A DNA stretch of 64,000 bases from a virus, in the IMG/VR virus record IMGVR_UViG_3300031884_000939, positions 32,001 to 96,000 of that record. The stretch is one strand, 5' to 3'. Made by a program: the position numbers and the translations under genes. Numbering within the stretch: position 1 is the first letter of the stretch; every line of letters starts with the position of its first letter. The notes below the pieces were generated by a model that was not told where the DNA came from, ran no database searches, and worked only from the letters and a program-made list of their open reading frames with translations. Shown here piece after piece: positions 17,972-28,477 of this stretch.

Positions 17972-19312
17972 TTAGTGGAACATTAGGAAACTGTTGATTA
18001 CATCCAATCTGTTGGCAGCACGGTCTCCGTGTCCTGCTGGAAATATAACCACATTCCACTTAGGTTTAGGGCCTTCAGGGATGGTTAACATCTGATCGTA
18101 TGTGATAATTGATGCTGGATCAATTTTATATCTAGTGGCCAACATTTTTTTAAATTCTTCCCATGCTTCGGGACTTTTAACCTGTGTACGACCTTTGGCA
18201 TCTTTAACATATTTCCCTTTAGCATCCGTAACAAACAATGTGCGGAACAAGTCTTTGGGTAATGTTACAGCATCTTTAACTGCATTTCCTTGAGCTTTGT
18301 GTAGTTCAATTTGCTTTTCTTCACCGCGCTTACTTCCCGAACTAAAGTTAACAATAAAATTATCTGGTTTGTTGGCAGTTGCAGCCGCGGCTATTTTTGT
18401 ATAAGCATAAAATTTTACATCTGGATTAGTACGAGCAACGTTAAATGCTAGATCTAAATATTCTTTACTAAAGAAATCTCCAGCATCATGCCAGCGTACA
18501 ACTAATCTAATACCATGCTTGTCTGCTTTGCCTTTAAGACCTTGTATTTCTTTGTTAACCATGGCCATATATCCAGCAGGGTCATTGACTAAAAAGTTTA
18601 ATGCTTGTGCGGCTGACATGCTACTAGCAGGGAACATTACATATCCACCTTTACGAGCGTAGCAAAATAATTGACATCCGCCAGCACCAGGGCAAGTAGT
18701 AATTTCTACAAAATCGCCTGTTTCCTCGTCCACAACAACACCGCTTAATGCTGGCAATGTTAAGTCATAAACAATTTCGCCTTCTGTAGCACTCTTACTC
18801 ATTTTAGCATTAGTGCCTAATAATGAACGAGGACGGGTAGTGATTTGACGGGCCAAATCATCTAAATCCCATTCGGTACCTTCGTCATCTTTAGTAATTG
18901 CTTTGATATTGCTACCGTGTATGATTGGAGCAAATCTATCTTTCTTTGTCTTAGTACCAGTTTTAATACGATCGGCATAGCCTTGTAACTCATCGCGACT
19001 CATTCGGCGATGTGGAGCATTTAACCCAATAGCTTCATTTGTAATTTCTTCTACATTTAAAATTTTAGCCCCGGGGTGGTGAATCTCAACTTTATGTTGT
19101 GCGATTCGTGCGCTCTGAGCTTTGACCTTAAAATGTTTTGTGACACCGTATATATTTGCTGTAATTCTAAATTGTTTATTAAATTGGCCGGCTGCTAATA
19201 ACCCACTAATGTCAGATTCTTCAACACCTTGATCTTCAATATGTAACGGAGTGACTTTAAATCCACCTAGTGTTGTTTGTGCAGATTCAAAGATAAATTC
19301 ATGGGCTTTCAT
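17972..19312 (-). CDS. GP88-like Cys-cluster (radical-SAM-like) protein with N-terminal modules
   Basis: TCPGAGGCQLFCYARKG, VRWHDAGDF, FYAYTK; MKAHEFIFE N-terminus. Confidence 0.7.
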   Translation of the reverse strand: MKAHEFIFESAQTTLGGFKVTPLHIEDQGVEESDISGLLAAGQFNKQFRITANIYGVTKHFKVKAQSARIAQHKVEIHHPGAKILNVEEITNEAIGLNAPHRRMSRDELQGYADRIKTGTKTKKDRFAPIIHGSNIKAITKDDEGTEWDLDDLARQITTRPRSLLGTNAKMSKSATEGEIVYDLTLPALSGVVVDEETGDFVEITTCPGAGGCQLFCYARKGGYVMFPASSMSAAQALNFLVNDPAGYMAMVNKEIQGLKGKADKHGIRLVVRWHDAGDFFSKEYLDLAFNVARTNPDVKFYAYTKIAAAATANKPDNFIVNFSSGSKRGEEKQIELHKAQGNAVKDAVTLPKDLFRTLFVTDAKGKYVKDAKGRTQVKSPEAWEEFKKMLATRYKIDPASIITYDQMLTIPEGPKPKWNVVIFPAGHGDRAANRLDVINSFLMFH

Positions 19313-20787
19313 TAATACGTCCTTTTAAATAATTCTAATTCTTCCATCATCCGATGGACGATGCCATCTGGACGAAGTTCTTGTGGTTTACCTTGTGCGT
19401 CGGTGTCTAATAAAAATGCATTAGCACAACGACCAATTTCTCCTGGACGCACATCAACAGTTAGCGCCATTAAGAAGCGTGGATCTTTTGCTTCTGCGGC
19501 TGTTGGAATATAGCCCGTAGCTTCATTTAATTCGATAGCCATAAACAATTCAGGATGTAGTTGAGCATACTTACGCATCAATACACCAGCTTTGGCATTA
19601 GCTTCATTTTCATATGGACTGCCATCTTCTCCAGCGTCTGCTGGAACTGGTCCTATTTCATTTTGTTTTTGATGTACAAGTTCGTGTGCTACAGTTCTTA
19701 ATACATCCATAATATGACGGCCGCCTACACCAACTTCAAGTTCATTGGTTCCATCATTGTAGCGTCCAAAAGTTTTGTTTCTTACGGACCATTGTGGGTC
19801 ACGACGAATTCTTAAGTTAATTTCTTTTTTTAATTTTAAATGGGAAACACAAAAATTAATAAAATCTTCAATAATGTCTTTGTCATTATGTTTGTCTTCG
19901 TTAGCAAACATACAAGTACTAGGATTGGTTCCGTCTGGAGTAACACCAACTTCATCTAATTGTGCTTCGTTGGTAAACTCGGAAGTAGTAGGATTAGTAC
20001 CGTCTGGTGTAATGCCAACTTCTTCGATATAGTCAGGACCAAAACCATATTTTACAGGAGCTTGTGGCTTACGCTCTTTTAAACTTAACTCTTGGCTTCT
20101 TGCTTCTTTACGAGCATTATGTAACTTTTTCAATTCACCACTATTGCGTAGTAATTTGAAGGCTAAATTTTCTGGGCCAAACTCGCCGTGATTAGCTAGT
20201 CCTGTACCACGCATATTTTTAATTTTATCTAATAGAGCATTCATTTGGTCTATAGATTTAGATTTAATTGCTTGTTTAATACGCTTACTTAAATCCTTGT
20301 ATTTGCTCTTAACGCTCATATCATCGATATCAGCGTGTTTGCGTCTAGGAATTTGTATCCATTCGTTATCTACAATACTGTAAATTCCTTGACTATGATG
20401 TTCTTCGCTTATGTCCTGTACATACAATTCAACAGGAATACCTTTAATAGTAATTTTATGTTCGTTGTTATAGATAAACTTTTTAGCATCAAAAAGTTCA
20501 CGATATATTTCTTTGTTTTCGTCATTGCCTAAATCTACAATTAAATGTAAATCTATATCAGAATGTGGAGTATAAGAAAATGCGGCATTACTACCCGAAC
20601 TTGTTATATCTTTTAAATTTAAGTTGTCGACGCCAAGTGATTCAGCAAAGTCTGAAGCAATAGCTAATAACTGCTCACGGATTTCAGGATGTAAATGTTC
20701 GCTTTTATCCCATAATAAAGGATTAAGTTTATCGTGAAATTTAACTGCGTCTGCTAAATTGAAGGATTCTAATTGTTCAATGTTCAT
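19312..20787 (-). CDS. Pol-beta-type nucleotidyltransferase fused to zincin-like metallopeptidase
   Basis: GSNA...SDIDLH and VELYVQD; AHELVH...YENEANA; start placed at MNIEQ just after TAAATA. Confidence 0.75.
   Translation of the reverse strand: MNIEQLESFNLADAVKFHDKLNPLLWDKSEHLHPEIREQLLAIASDFAESLGVDNLNLKDITSSGSNAAFSYTPHSDIDLHLIVDLGNDENKEIYRELFDAKKFIYNNEHKITIKGIPVELYVQDISEEHHSQGIYSIVDNEWIQIPRRKHADIDDMSVKSKYKDLSKRIKQAIKSKSIDQMNALLDKIKNMRGTGLANHGEFGPENLAFKLLRNSGELKKLHNARKEARSQELSLKERKPQAPVKYGFGPDYIEEVGITPDGTNPTTSEFTNEAQLDEVGVTPDGTNPSTCMFANEDKHNDKDIIEDFINFCVSHLKLKKEINLRIRRDPQWSVRNKTFGRYNDGTNELEVGVGGRHIMDVLRTVAHELVHQKQNEIGPVPADAGEDGSPYENEANAKAGVLMRKYAQLHPELFMAIELNEATGYIPTAAEAKDPRFLMALTVDVRPGEIGRCANAFLLDTDAQGKPQELRPDGIVHRMMEELELFKRTY
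19903..20028 (-). repeat. tandem duplicated peptide module EVG(I/V)TPDGTNP(T/S)T..F.NE
   Basis: Two copies visible in protein and DNA. Confidence 0.8.
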
Positions 20788-20802
20788 TAATATATTTAGC
20801 GT

Positions 20803-20840
20803 AAAAAACAAAAGCCGTTACAGACTTAACTGTAACGGCC
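20803..20840 (-). terminator. intrinsic terminator
   Basis: 10-bp stem GCCGTTACAG/CTGTAACGGC followed by a U-rich tract. Confidence 0.85.
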
Positions 20841-20865
20841 TTTGCCCGTTTATAAACTACCCAGT

Positions 20866-21801
20866 TTATTTTTTCTTTTTGCCTTTGCTTGAAGCAACTA
20901 CAGTAGCTTTAGGAGCTTCTGGTGCTGCTACAGGAGCGTCAGATACAGCGGCTGCCTGTGCTTGGGCTGGTAATGACTGTGCTGGTTGCTGATTACTAAT
21001 AGCCAAAGAATGTAAGTCTTTGTATAGTTGATCTTGTGTAGCATAGTCAAATACATAGGTGCCTGTGTGCTTGAGCAATACACGCTTGTCTACCCAAACT
21101 TTACCACCTAAATCACGCCAGTTTTCGCAGAATGTCCAGTCTTCACTGTAATAACGATTCTCGCGAACTGCTGTGTCAAAATATGTTTTCATATAAACAT
21201 TTAACTCTGGTGGCAAACCAATATCAGAGTTGAAAGGCTTAACTGCTGGGTGGGCATTTAACTTCTCAAATACGCCACGCTTCATTAAGAGGAATCCTGT
21301 GCCAGTTTTAGTAACTTCTTGTAAGCCATCTGGGCCTTCTTCGGCACCGTCAAATCCATTAACACACCACTTAACTGGTAAGGATTTCATTGGATACAAA
21401 CCGCCAATAACATCTACGTCACGATTTAACATAACGAGCAAGTGCCATGGCTCCCAACCGATGTCAGCATCGATAAACATTAAGTGTGTTGAATCTGGGT
21501 TAGAAAGGAACTTAGCAGTAAGAGTATTACGAGCACGACTAATCAATGACTCATTGGTCATAGTTTCCATAGTCCAATCAATGCCTAATTGACGGGCTGT
21601 ATTTGCCCATTTAATGTAGCTCATAAATGTAGATTCAGTAAGCATACCACCATAACAAGGCATACAAATATGTACACGGGTAGTTTTTAAGTAATCAATG
21701 TTGATTTGCACTTGGCCTGCTTGTGGAGCTGACGGTGCTTGTGCTGTTGGGGTAGCTGCTTCTGTGGTTGCATCTAGGTTAGTTTGTTGGGTTGATACCA
21801 T
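20866..21801 (-). CDS. GT-A fold glycosyltransferase-like protein
   Basis: ESLISRARN, LMFIDADIGW (DxD), GTGFLL, SEDWTFC. Confidence 0.75.
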   Translation of the reverse strand: MVSTQQTNLDATTEAATPTAQAPSAPQAGQVQINIDYLKTTRVHICMPCYGGMLTESTFMSYIKWANTARQLGIDWTMETMTNESLISRARNTLTAKFLSNPDSTHLMFIDADIGWEPWHLLVMLNRDVDVIGGLYPMKSLPVKWCVNGFDGAEEGPDGLQEVTKTGTGFLLMKRGVFEKLNAHPAVKPFNSDIGLPPELNVYMKTYFDTAVRENRYYSEDWTFCENWRDLGGKVWVDKRVLLKHTGTYVFDYATQDQLYKDLHSLAISNQQPAQSLPAQAQAAAVSDAPVAAPEAPKATVVASSKGKKKK

Positions 21802-21847
21802 GGGTTCCTCTTATAAATGTGTAACATATTTACACGAGTAAGGAGAC

Positions 21848-22786
21848 CTAGTAAAATTTTCTGTCGTCTAATTGAATATAAACTTCGTTAATAGGAATAG
21901 CTATTTGATTGTTTTTTATTATAGATTTAAATCGCTTATTTGTTACATCAGGATCTAGTCCAAAATACCTAGCCATATCTTGTTGGGTAGCTATTCTAAG
22001 ATCCATAATCTTTTCAAATCCATGATATTTAATTCGCGGAGTTGTGTGTGGAAAATGTGATCTCATCATAATTGTTTTAGCAGGCACATCGATTGACCCT
22101 GATTTTAATATGTAAGGATTGTTTATTAACATCTGATTAACAGGATCTTGAAGATATGCGCTATGTATTTCTGATGTTGTTTGATAGAAAAATACGCTGT
22201 GATTTAAACTATTTTTCCTACACCATTCTAACGGAGCAAGTGAGCCGATATCGTAGGTATCGCATACAGGATCATTATTTGGATCAACTTCATTATATAT
22301 TTTTTGTTCTAACCCTAGCCCAGCACTTTTGCCACCAAAAATACCAAATCCATTCATATCTTCTATGTGCTGTAATAGTTCAATTGTATAGTATCTAAAA
22401 ACATTATTCGACACAAGATTTTGATTAAGATATTTCTTGTAGCCTTCTTTTAAAAAAGACAGCATATCAAATTCAAAAAATTTGTACTCAACCTTATTTG
22501 CTTCGCACCAACTAATAGCGTAACTTATATCGTGTGTGTTTAAATCGTCTGGAAATTTGGCAATCAATGCCTTGAAAGGAATATTTGCGTTTTTAAATGT
22601 GCTAGCAACAACTTCACTATCAATCCCGCCAGACATACATACCCAAATATCTTTAGTGGTCGATTCTGCTATAGTGGTAGCAGCAATTTTAATTTCTTCA
22701 ATCCAAGATAATGGTTTTCTAACACAAGGTGAGTACCAAATTTTGAAGGCAATAGGATCGTAATTTATACCAAAACTTTTATACAT
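21848..22786 (-). CDS. second PP-loop ATP pyrophosphatase-like protein
   Basis: CMSGGIDSE; C-terminal RIKYHGFE. Confidence 0.65.
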   Translation of the reverse strand: MYKSFGINYDPIAFKIWYSPCVRKPLSWIEEIKIAATTIAESTTKDIWVCMSGGIDSEVVASTFKNANIPFKALIAKFPDDLNTHDISYAISWCEANKVEYKFFEFDMLSFLKEGYKKYLNQNLVSNNVFRYYTIELLQHIEDMNGFGIFGGKSAGLGLEQKIYNEVDPNNDPVCDTYDIGSLAPLEWCRKNSLNHSVFFYQTTSEIHSAYLQDPVNQMLINNPYILKSGSIDVPAKTIMMRSHFPHTTPRIKYHGFEKIMDLRIATQQDMARYFGLDPDVTNKRFKSIIKNNQIAIPINEVYIQLDDRKFY

Positions 22787-22795
22787 TATTTGTTT

Positions 22796-23614
22796 TTAAT
22801 AAAATTTTCGACCAGTTTTTTCGTCGATGAAATTAGGAATTAAATCTTCTTCAAAACTTCTATAGCAATGTGCGGCGGTGCGTTCTGCTAGAATTGTTGA
22901 CTCTAATAATTTTGCTAACTTGGCTCTATGTTGTTTACTTTCATTGCGTACTACTGGCATAGGTTGATCAATTACATCGCCGTCAAGGTCAGGCTGTTGA
23001 ATTACTATGTCGCGAGCTTTTTGTGCTACGCCTAATTTCTTATCAAATAATTGTTGTAGGGCAGTATCATCAGTACCATATAAGTCATGTAAGATTTGTT
23101 TACGATCCGCTTCGCTACCATTAGAATACATATTGCGTATTGCTGAAGCAGAGTCAGCATCTTTGCCTCTAACTTTAAATGTAACAGTTGGAGTAACCAT
23201 TACATAAGCGTGTTTGGTCAACGGTTGAAGTTTGCCATCTTTAGGATAAGGTTGCATATAACTTGGCTCACCGTTCTTTTTAACACCAAACTTGAAGCGT
23301 GGATTTTCGCCCATGTCTTTTTCTGATACAGCAAACACTAACGCAGTATTTTCTGGATCTGGAATATCTTTTGTAATTTCTTGTGCTTGATAAGGATTGC
23401 GTACTTGTACAATGTGACTAGCAGGTATTCCTATTTTTGTAAGCATCTCTACTTTGTCAGCAAAACTAAAGGGATTTGTCACAGGAGCAGTTACATCAGA
23501 AGTAGCTACATACACATTTTCAGCACCAAATTTCTTAGCTAGATAATCGTAGCTAGACTTATGACCTTTGTGGCCAGGCTGAAATCTTCCGGGATATATT
23601 ACAACTGTACGCAT
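22796..23614 (-). CDS. HxGH nucleotidyltransferase (cytidylyltransferase-like)
   Basis: YPGRFQPGHKGH, NPFSF, SASAIR; TAAATA upstream. Confidence 0.75.
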   Translation of the reverse strand: MRTVVIYPGRFQPGHKGHKSSYDYLAKKFGAENVYVATSDVTAPVTNPFSFADKVEMLTKIGIPASHIVQVRNPYQAQEITKDIPDPENTALVFAVSEKDMGENPRFKFGVKKNGEPSYMQPYPKDGKLQPLTKHAYVMVTPTVTFKVRGKDADSASAIRNMYSNGSEADRKQILHDLYGTDDTALQQLFDKKLGVAQKARDIVIQQPDLDGDVIDQPMPVVRNESKQHRAKLAKLLESTILAERTAAHCYRSFEEDLIPNFIDEKTGRKFY

Positions 23615-23631
23615 TCTAATATTTAGCTATA

Positions 23632-24000
23632 TTAGAATATTACGTTTGCTGAATTAATAGTTCCGCCAGTAAAGGATGATACATTGGCTCGCAACCATAC
23701 GAAATTGCCAATCATATTAATAGCTTGGGTATCTGTAGTAGCTACATTGGCATTACCGTAAGTTTCAATTCTGAACCATTCAGCTTGCTGAGTCCAATCG
23801 TTCAAACTACCTTCTATAGTAAGAACACCAACAAAATCTGTTGTTTGAATCATAGCTGTTTGAGCAGATCCTTGTCCGCCATAGTAATTTGCGGCTGGAA
23901 TAGCATTACCATAAAATTGTGTATTAGCCCCATTATAATTACCAGATGGGATTCTGTATGTAGTTGGAGGCAATAAACCTTCATTAGTAAAAGTCGTCAT
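23632..24000 (-). CDS. hypothetical protein, probably virion-associated
   Basis: Beta-rich 122 aa (GNFVWLRA); late promoter motif. Confidence 0.55.
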   Translation of the reverse strand: MTTFTNEGLLPPTTYRIPSGNYNGANTQFYGNAIPAANYYGGQGSAQTAMIQTTDFVGVLTIEGSLNDWTQQAEWFRIETYGNANVATTDTQAINMIGNFVWLRANVSSFTGGTINSANVIF

Positions 24001-24010
24001 AGTATATTAT

Positions 24011-24730
24011 TTATGCTGGGATGATTTCCAGCGTTTTTCTAATTATACCAGGGGATATAAGCTCTAGCATAACTAGCCAGCCTTCCCCATCGTGATCTAT
24101 AAAGAAATAATCTTGGGTCCGCAAATAAGGGGACTTTGATAGCCATTTAGCAAAAGCCGGAGCAACTCTTATAGTATCTTGTTGATTATTAAAAAAGTTA
24201 ATTAAACTGTCTTTATTAGCTTGTGTTAGTTTTACGCTTTTAAAATAACTTCTGTGGGTAAACTTAGGAACTTTTAATTTAACAGTATTTTTAGGTCTCG
24301 ATATTATAGCTTCTGTATATTCCTTATTGTCAAGGAAACTCATAGCATTAAGTCTTTTAAGTAAAGACATATTGTTACTGTATATCCAACCCAAGTTAAC
24401 CGATGTAACTAATTTAAAATCAGCGGTTGTTGTAAGTAGTAACTCAGCTAATTCGTGAAGATCCTCAGAAGTTTTATCAGTAATATCTTTCCAACGCCTT
24501 GTTAATATAGTTTGAGCTAGTTGAGGTTGGCCGCCGGGACGAACTAAAGTCCAACGCTGTTGTGCGACTTCTCGCCACAACTTTCTACGATCAATAATAG
24601 CATCGATATAGTTGTGGTCGAGAGTCTTCATAGCACTTACTTCATCTAAAGCAAATGCTACGCAGTATCGATATTTGTCGTAAAAGTATCTATCTTTATC
24701 GACAGGCTTAAACGTTAGGAGATTCGCCAT
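24011..24730 (-). CDS. hypothetical protein
   Basis: Long ORF overlapping the end of clpA. Confidence 0.7.
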   Translation of the reverse strand: MANLLTFKPVDKDRYFYDKYRYCVAFALDEVSAMKTLDHNYIDAIIDRRKLWREVAQQRWTLVRPGGQPQLAQTILTRRWKDITDKTSEDLHELAELLLTTTADFKLVTSVNLGWIYSNNMSLLKRLNAMSFLDNKEYTEAIISRPKNTVKLKVPKFTHRSYFKSVKLTQANKDSLINFFNNQQDTIRVAPAFAKWLSKSPYLRTQDYFFIDHDGEGWLVMLELISPGIIRKTLEIIPA

Positions 24731-26987
24731 CAAGAACAATAATACCAGAATTGTCTACAATCGCCAATGGAGCAGTTTGGATAATTGTAAAATCAATCTT
24801 ATCATCGATTATGATAGCATTGACGGTGCAGTCAGATAAGCGTTCAAACAAAATCTTCTTAGACAAAGGTACACGAATCAATTCGTCAATCTTACGATTA
24901 AGTGGACGAGCACCCATCTTAGGATCATAACCTTTATCAGCTAGCATATCAATAACTGCTTCGGATAAATTAAGTCTAATATTTTTATTGTTCAAACTAA
25001 CTTGTAACTGTTCAACAAATTTAAGTACAACTTTCTTAATAGCAAGGGTATCAAGTTTCTTAAACTTACAAATTTGATCGATACGATTACGCAACTCAGG
25101 TTTGAAGAAGTCCTTCATTGCTTTATCTTCTGATCCTGTTTTTTGTAGTGCTTGACCAAATCCAATGTTATTGTTTTCGTTATCGCGAGCACCTAAGTTA
25201 CTTGTCATAATGATAATAGTATTCTTAAGGTTAACAGTTTTGCCGTTAGCACTAGTAATACGAGCTTCGTCTAACATCTGTAACATAATGTTAATAACAT
25301 CAGGGTGAGCTTTTTCAATTTCATCAAACAGGATGATTGAATACGGATTCTTACTAATATCACTGATTAACTTGCCGCCACCTACATTGCCATCTTCAAA
25401 TCCTACATATCCTGGAGGCGCACCAATCAACGAACTTACAGTATGCTTTTCTTGATATTCTGACATATCATACTTTAATAATTGCATATCTAAGTTTGTA
25501 GCTAGTAACTTAGCAAGTTCTGTTTTACCAGTACCAGTTGGTCCTAAGAATAAGAAACTAGCAATAGGACGATTGTCGTTGCCAATACCAGAAAAGTTAA
25601 TATAAACTCGCTCAAGTACGCTGTCTACTGCTTCGTCCTGACCATATAATTTTTCTTTAATATTCGATTCAAGTTCTACAATATTAGCTGAACGCTCGTT
25701 TTGTAATCGATCCATAGGAACTTCAGTAACACGACTTAATTGTTCCATAATCATTTCTTTAGTAATAGTTACATTACCTTGATCCTTAACTCGTTCCTTA
25801 GCGCAAGCGCCGTCTAACAAGTCAATACTCTTATCTGGATTCTTACGGTCGTGTATATAACGACCTGATAAATCTACAGCGGCCGTGATAGCATCTGTAT
25901 CAATTAATACATTGTGGAATGATTCTAAGCGTGGGCTAAGTCCAATAAGGATTTGTTCTGTAACTTCGTTAGTTGGTTCATCGATACTTACACGATGGAA
26001 ACGACGCATTAACGCACGATCCTTTTCAAAGGACTCGTAGTATTCTTCCCATGTTGTACTTGCGATTACCTTAAGTTTACCTTTAGTAATAGCAGGTTTT
26101 AACATATTAGCAAAGTCAAGTGTAGATTGTGAGCTAGCGCCAGCACCTTTCATAGTGTGTGCTTCGTCTACAAACAAAATACAATTACCTTTAGTTTCTA
26201 ATGCGCCAATAACTTGTTTGAACTTTTCTTCAAATTCGCCGCGATATTTAGAACCAGCTAACAATGATCCAATCTCTAATGCCCATACTTCATGAGCAAT
26301 TAAGAACTTAGGAACACGATTATTAATAATCTCTTGAGCTAGGCCTTCTGCGATAGCAGTTTTACCTACCCCGGGATCTCCAACCATCAATACATTAGCT
26401 TTAAATTTACGAGCTAATACTGTAATCATTTCATCAAGTTCAGCACCGCGGCCAATCATTGGCTCAAGGCGATCTTCTACCGCCATCTTAGTTAAGTTAA
26501 CACAGTATTCAGTTAAAATTTCATCTGCTTGCGTAGTTGTAAGAACTACATCATCATGTTTGTAGTGTGCTTGCCAGTATTCCATGAACTCTTGTTTCTT
26601 AACACCATACTTTAATAAAAAGTAATGTGCGTGTGAATTATTTTCAGCCATCATAGCAAGATACAAGTCGCCAGTATTCATTGAACGGCGCCCTGTGAAC
26701 AATACTTGTGTCATTGCTCTGTTGAAGCAACGCTCGAGAGCATTTGTTTTCTTAGGCTGATTGTCTTTTTTAGTAGTAACCAAACTAGTTAAACTTTGTA
26801 AGTAAGCATCTAACTCCATATCTAATAAATCTACACTAGTCCCAAAAGATTCTAGTACTTTATAAAATGGAGCATGGCGTATTAATACCAATAAGACGTG
26901 CTCAGTTAAAACATATTCGTGTTGACGCTCTTTAGCCAATTTAACAGCTTGGGCGACGATTTGTTCGATTTCTTTATTGTTTTGCAT
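24708..26987 (-). CDS. clpA: ClpA-type Hsp100 AAA+ chaperone
   Basis: Clp N-domain; Walker A GDPGVGKT and GPTGTGKT; IGF ClpP-docking loop; no ClpB middle domain. Confidence 0.92.
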   Translation of the reverse strand: MQNNKEIEQIVAQAVKLAKERQHEYVLTEHVLLVLIRHAPFYKVLESFGTSVDLLDMELDAYLQSLTSLVTTKKDNQPKKTNALERCFNRAMTQVLFTGRRSMNTGDLYLAMMAENNSHAHYFLLKYGVKKQEFMEYWQAHYKHDDVVLTTTQADEILTEYCVNLTKMAVEDRLEPMIGRGAELDEMITVLARKFKANVLMVGDPGVGKTAIAEGLAQEIINNRVPKFLIAHEVWALEIGSLLAGSKYRGEFEEKFKQVIGALETKGNCILFVDEAHTMKGAGASSQSTLDFANMLKPAITKGKLKVIASTTWEEYYESFEKDRALMRRFHRVSIDEPTNEVTEQILIGLSPRLESFHNVLIDTDAITAAVDLSGRYIHDRKNPDKSIDLLDGACAKERVKDQGNVTITKEMIMEQLSRVTEVPMDRLQNERSANIVELESNIKEKLYGQDEAVDSVLERVYINFSGIGNDNRPIASFLFLGPTGTGKTELAKLLATNLDMQLLKYDMSEYQEKHTVSSLIGAPPGYVGFEDGNVGGGKLISDISKNPYSIILFDEIEKAHPDVINIMLQMLDEARITSANGKTVNLKNTIIIMTSNLGARDNENNNIGFGQALQKTGSEDKAMKDFFKPELRNRIDQICKFKKLDTLAIKKVVLKFVEQLQVSLNNKNIRLNLSEAVIDMLADKGYDPKMGARPLNRKIDELIRVPLSKKILFERLSDCTVNAIIIDDKIDFTIIQTAPLAIVDNSGIIVLDGESPNV

Positions 26988-27050
26988 GTTTTCCTTTGCT
27001 TGGTACTAGTTAAGTATATAGCATTACTAAACAAAATACAATGATTATGG

Positions 27051-27845
27051 TTACTTCTTTTGTGCTTCTTTGATAAGATTGGTTAGTTCGTCACTTAGGC
27101 TAGATGGCATTTTGGCATGAATTCTAACTAATAAATCGCCAACAGGTCCTTGGCGTGAAGCTAGTCCTCTACCTTTCAGACGCAATAGTCCGCCTGGCTG
27201 TGTTAACGGTGGAATGGTTAAAGTTAATTGGTTACCCAAAATATCTTTTACTTCTGTTTCTCCGCCAACTAAACAATCCCAAATAGATACTTGCTGGTCC
27301 ATTGTTAAGTTTAATCCTTGGCGATGCCATTTTGGATGTTGATGTATTCTAAAATTAACAATTAAATCTGTGTTACCAGGACCTATGCCAGGATATTGAA
27401 TATTATCGCCATCGTTAAGTCCCAATGGGATTTCTATTTCAATTGTCATTGAGCCTTGCTGTGTACCTACAGTAACAGGCCGCTTGCCGCCTTGTGCTAC
27501 ATCTTGTAATGTTACCCATAAGCTCATTCTGGTATGGGTTTGTCGTTGCTGTCCTGGATGTTGATGCCCTGGATGAAACTGTGCGCCAAACATACTAAAG
27601 ATATTGTTAAAATCGAACCCGCCACCATTAAATTCAAAATGTATATTTTGATTAGGATTATCGTATTGGGCTCGTTTACTAGGATCGCTTAATGTTTCAT
27701 AAGCCGACTGAACCGATTGAAATTTAGCTTTATCGCCACCTTCGCGGTCTGGATGATACTTTGCCGCCATACGGCGATATGCTTTTTTAATATCGTCAGC
27801 AGACGCATTACGGTCTACTCCTAAGGTTTGATAGTGATCTGTCAT
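27051..27845 (-). CDS. DnaJ/CbpA-type co-chaperone without zinc finger
   Basis: J-domain with HPD, G/F-rich linker, C-terminal substrate domain; ATGA overlap with the upstream stop. Confidence 0.9.
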   Translation of the reverse strand: MTDHYQTLGVDRNASADDIKKAYRRMAAKYHPDREGGDKAKFQSVQSAYETLSDPSKRAQYDNPNQNIHFEFNGGGFDFNNIFSMFGAQFHPGHQHPGQQRQTHTRMSLWVTLQDVAQGGKRPVTVGTQQGSMTIEIEIPLGLNDGDNIQYPGIGPGNTDLIVNFRIHQHPKWHRQGLNLTMDQQVSIWDCLVGGETEVKDILGNQLTLTIPPLTQPGGLLRLKGRGLASRQGPVGDLLVRIHAKMPSSLSDELTNLIKEAQKK

Positions 27846-28441
27846 ATTGTAATAAATGTGCAATTTTTTCGTATTAGATAGGGAGATAAATTTGTAGCCG
27901 CCATTGCTTCTCTAATAGAAGCATATTCAATACCATTAAGTAATAACGGTTTTGAGGCGGCGTTCTCTTTACCTGTCCTGTTGCCTTTTTGTTTTTGACT
28001 GCTCTTACGTTTTCTATCATTGGAACAAGGTATTCCATATAATGGATGATTACTACCTTTCATTCGTTCGCTTTGTGCTGGATTCTTCTTACCGCCCCAG
28101 ACACTTAGCTCACCGACGTATACACCTTTTAATGCTTTACTTCGTTTGGCTCGAACTTCTGGAGATATATTACTTCCGCCTTCGCCGCCATCTGTTTGAT
28201 TTGCTAATATGCCAGTACCGATGTCTTTGCGCCCAAACTTTTTAATAAGTTTTTTTTCGAGGTCAAACGCTTCCTCCTCAAATAAAGATTTGGCAATTAT
28301 TATAATTCGATTTTTATCTGATGGTGGTTTATAAGTGCGTTTTTTTGACCATGCTCGATCACCGGACCCCTTACCTATGTAGTAAGGGGATTGCCCGTCT
28401 TTACGAAGATAAGCATAAACATAGAATTTTGGGTCAGTCAT
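27842..28441 (-). CDS. GIY-YIG homing endonuclease
   Basis: FYVYAY...YYIGKG, EKKLI...[13 protein letters not shown]-like tail. Confidence 0.85.
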   Translation of the reverse strand: MTDPKFYVYAYLRKDGQSPYYIGKGSGDRAWSKKRTYKPPSDKNRIIIIAKSLFEEEAFDLEKKLIKKFGRKDIGTGILANQTDGGEGGSNISPEVRAKRSKALKGVYVGELSVWGGKKNPAQSERMKGSNHPLYGIPCSNDRKRKSSQKQKGNRTGKENAASKPLLLNGIEYASIREAMAATNLSPYLIRKNCTFITI

Positions 28442-28477
28442 AATATTAATTATACTACAAACAACCTGCGGTGTAAA

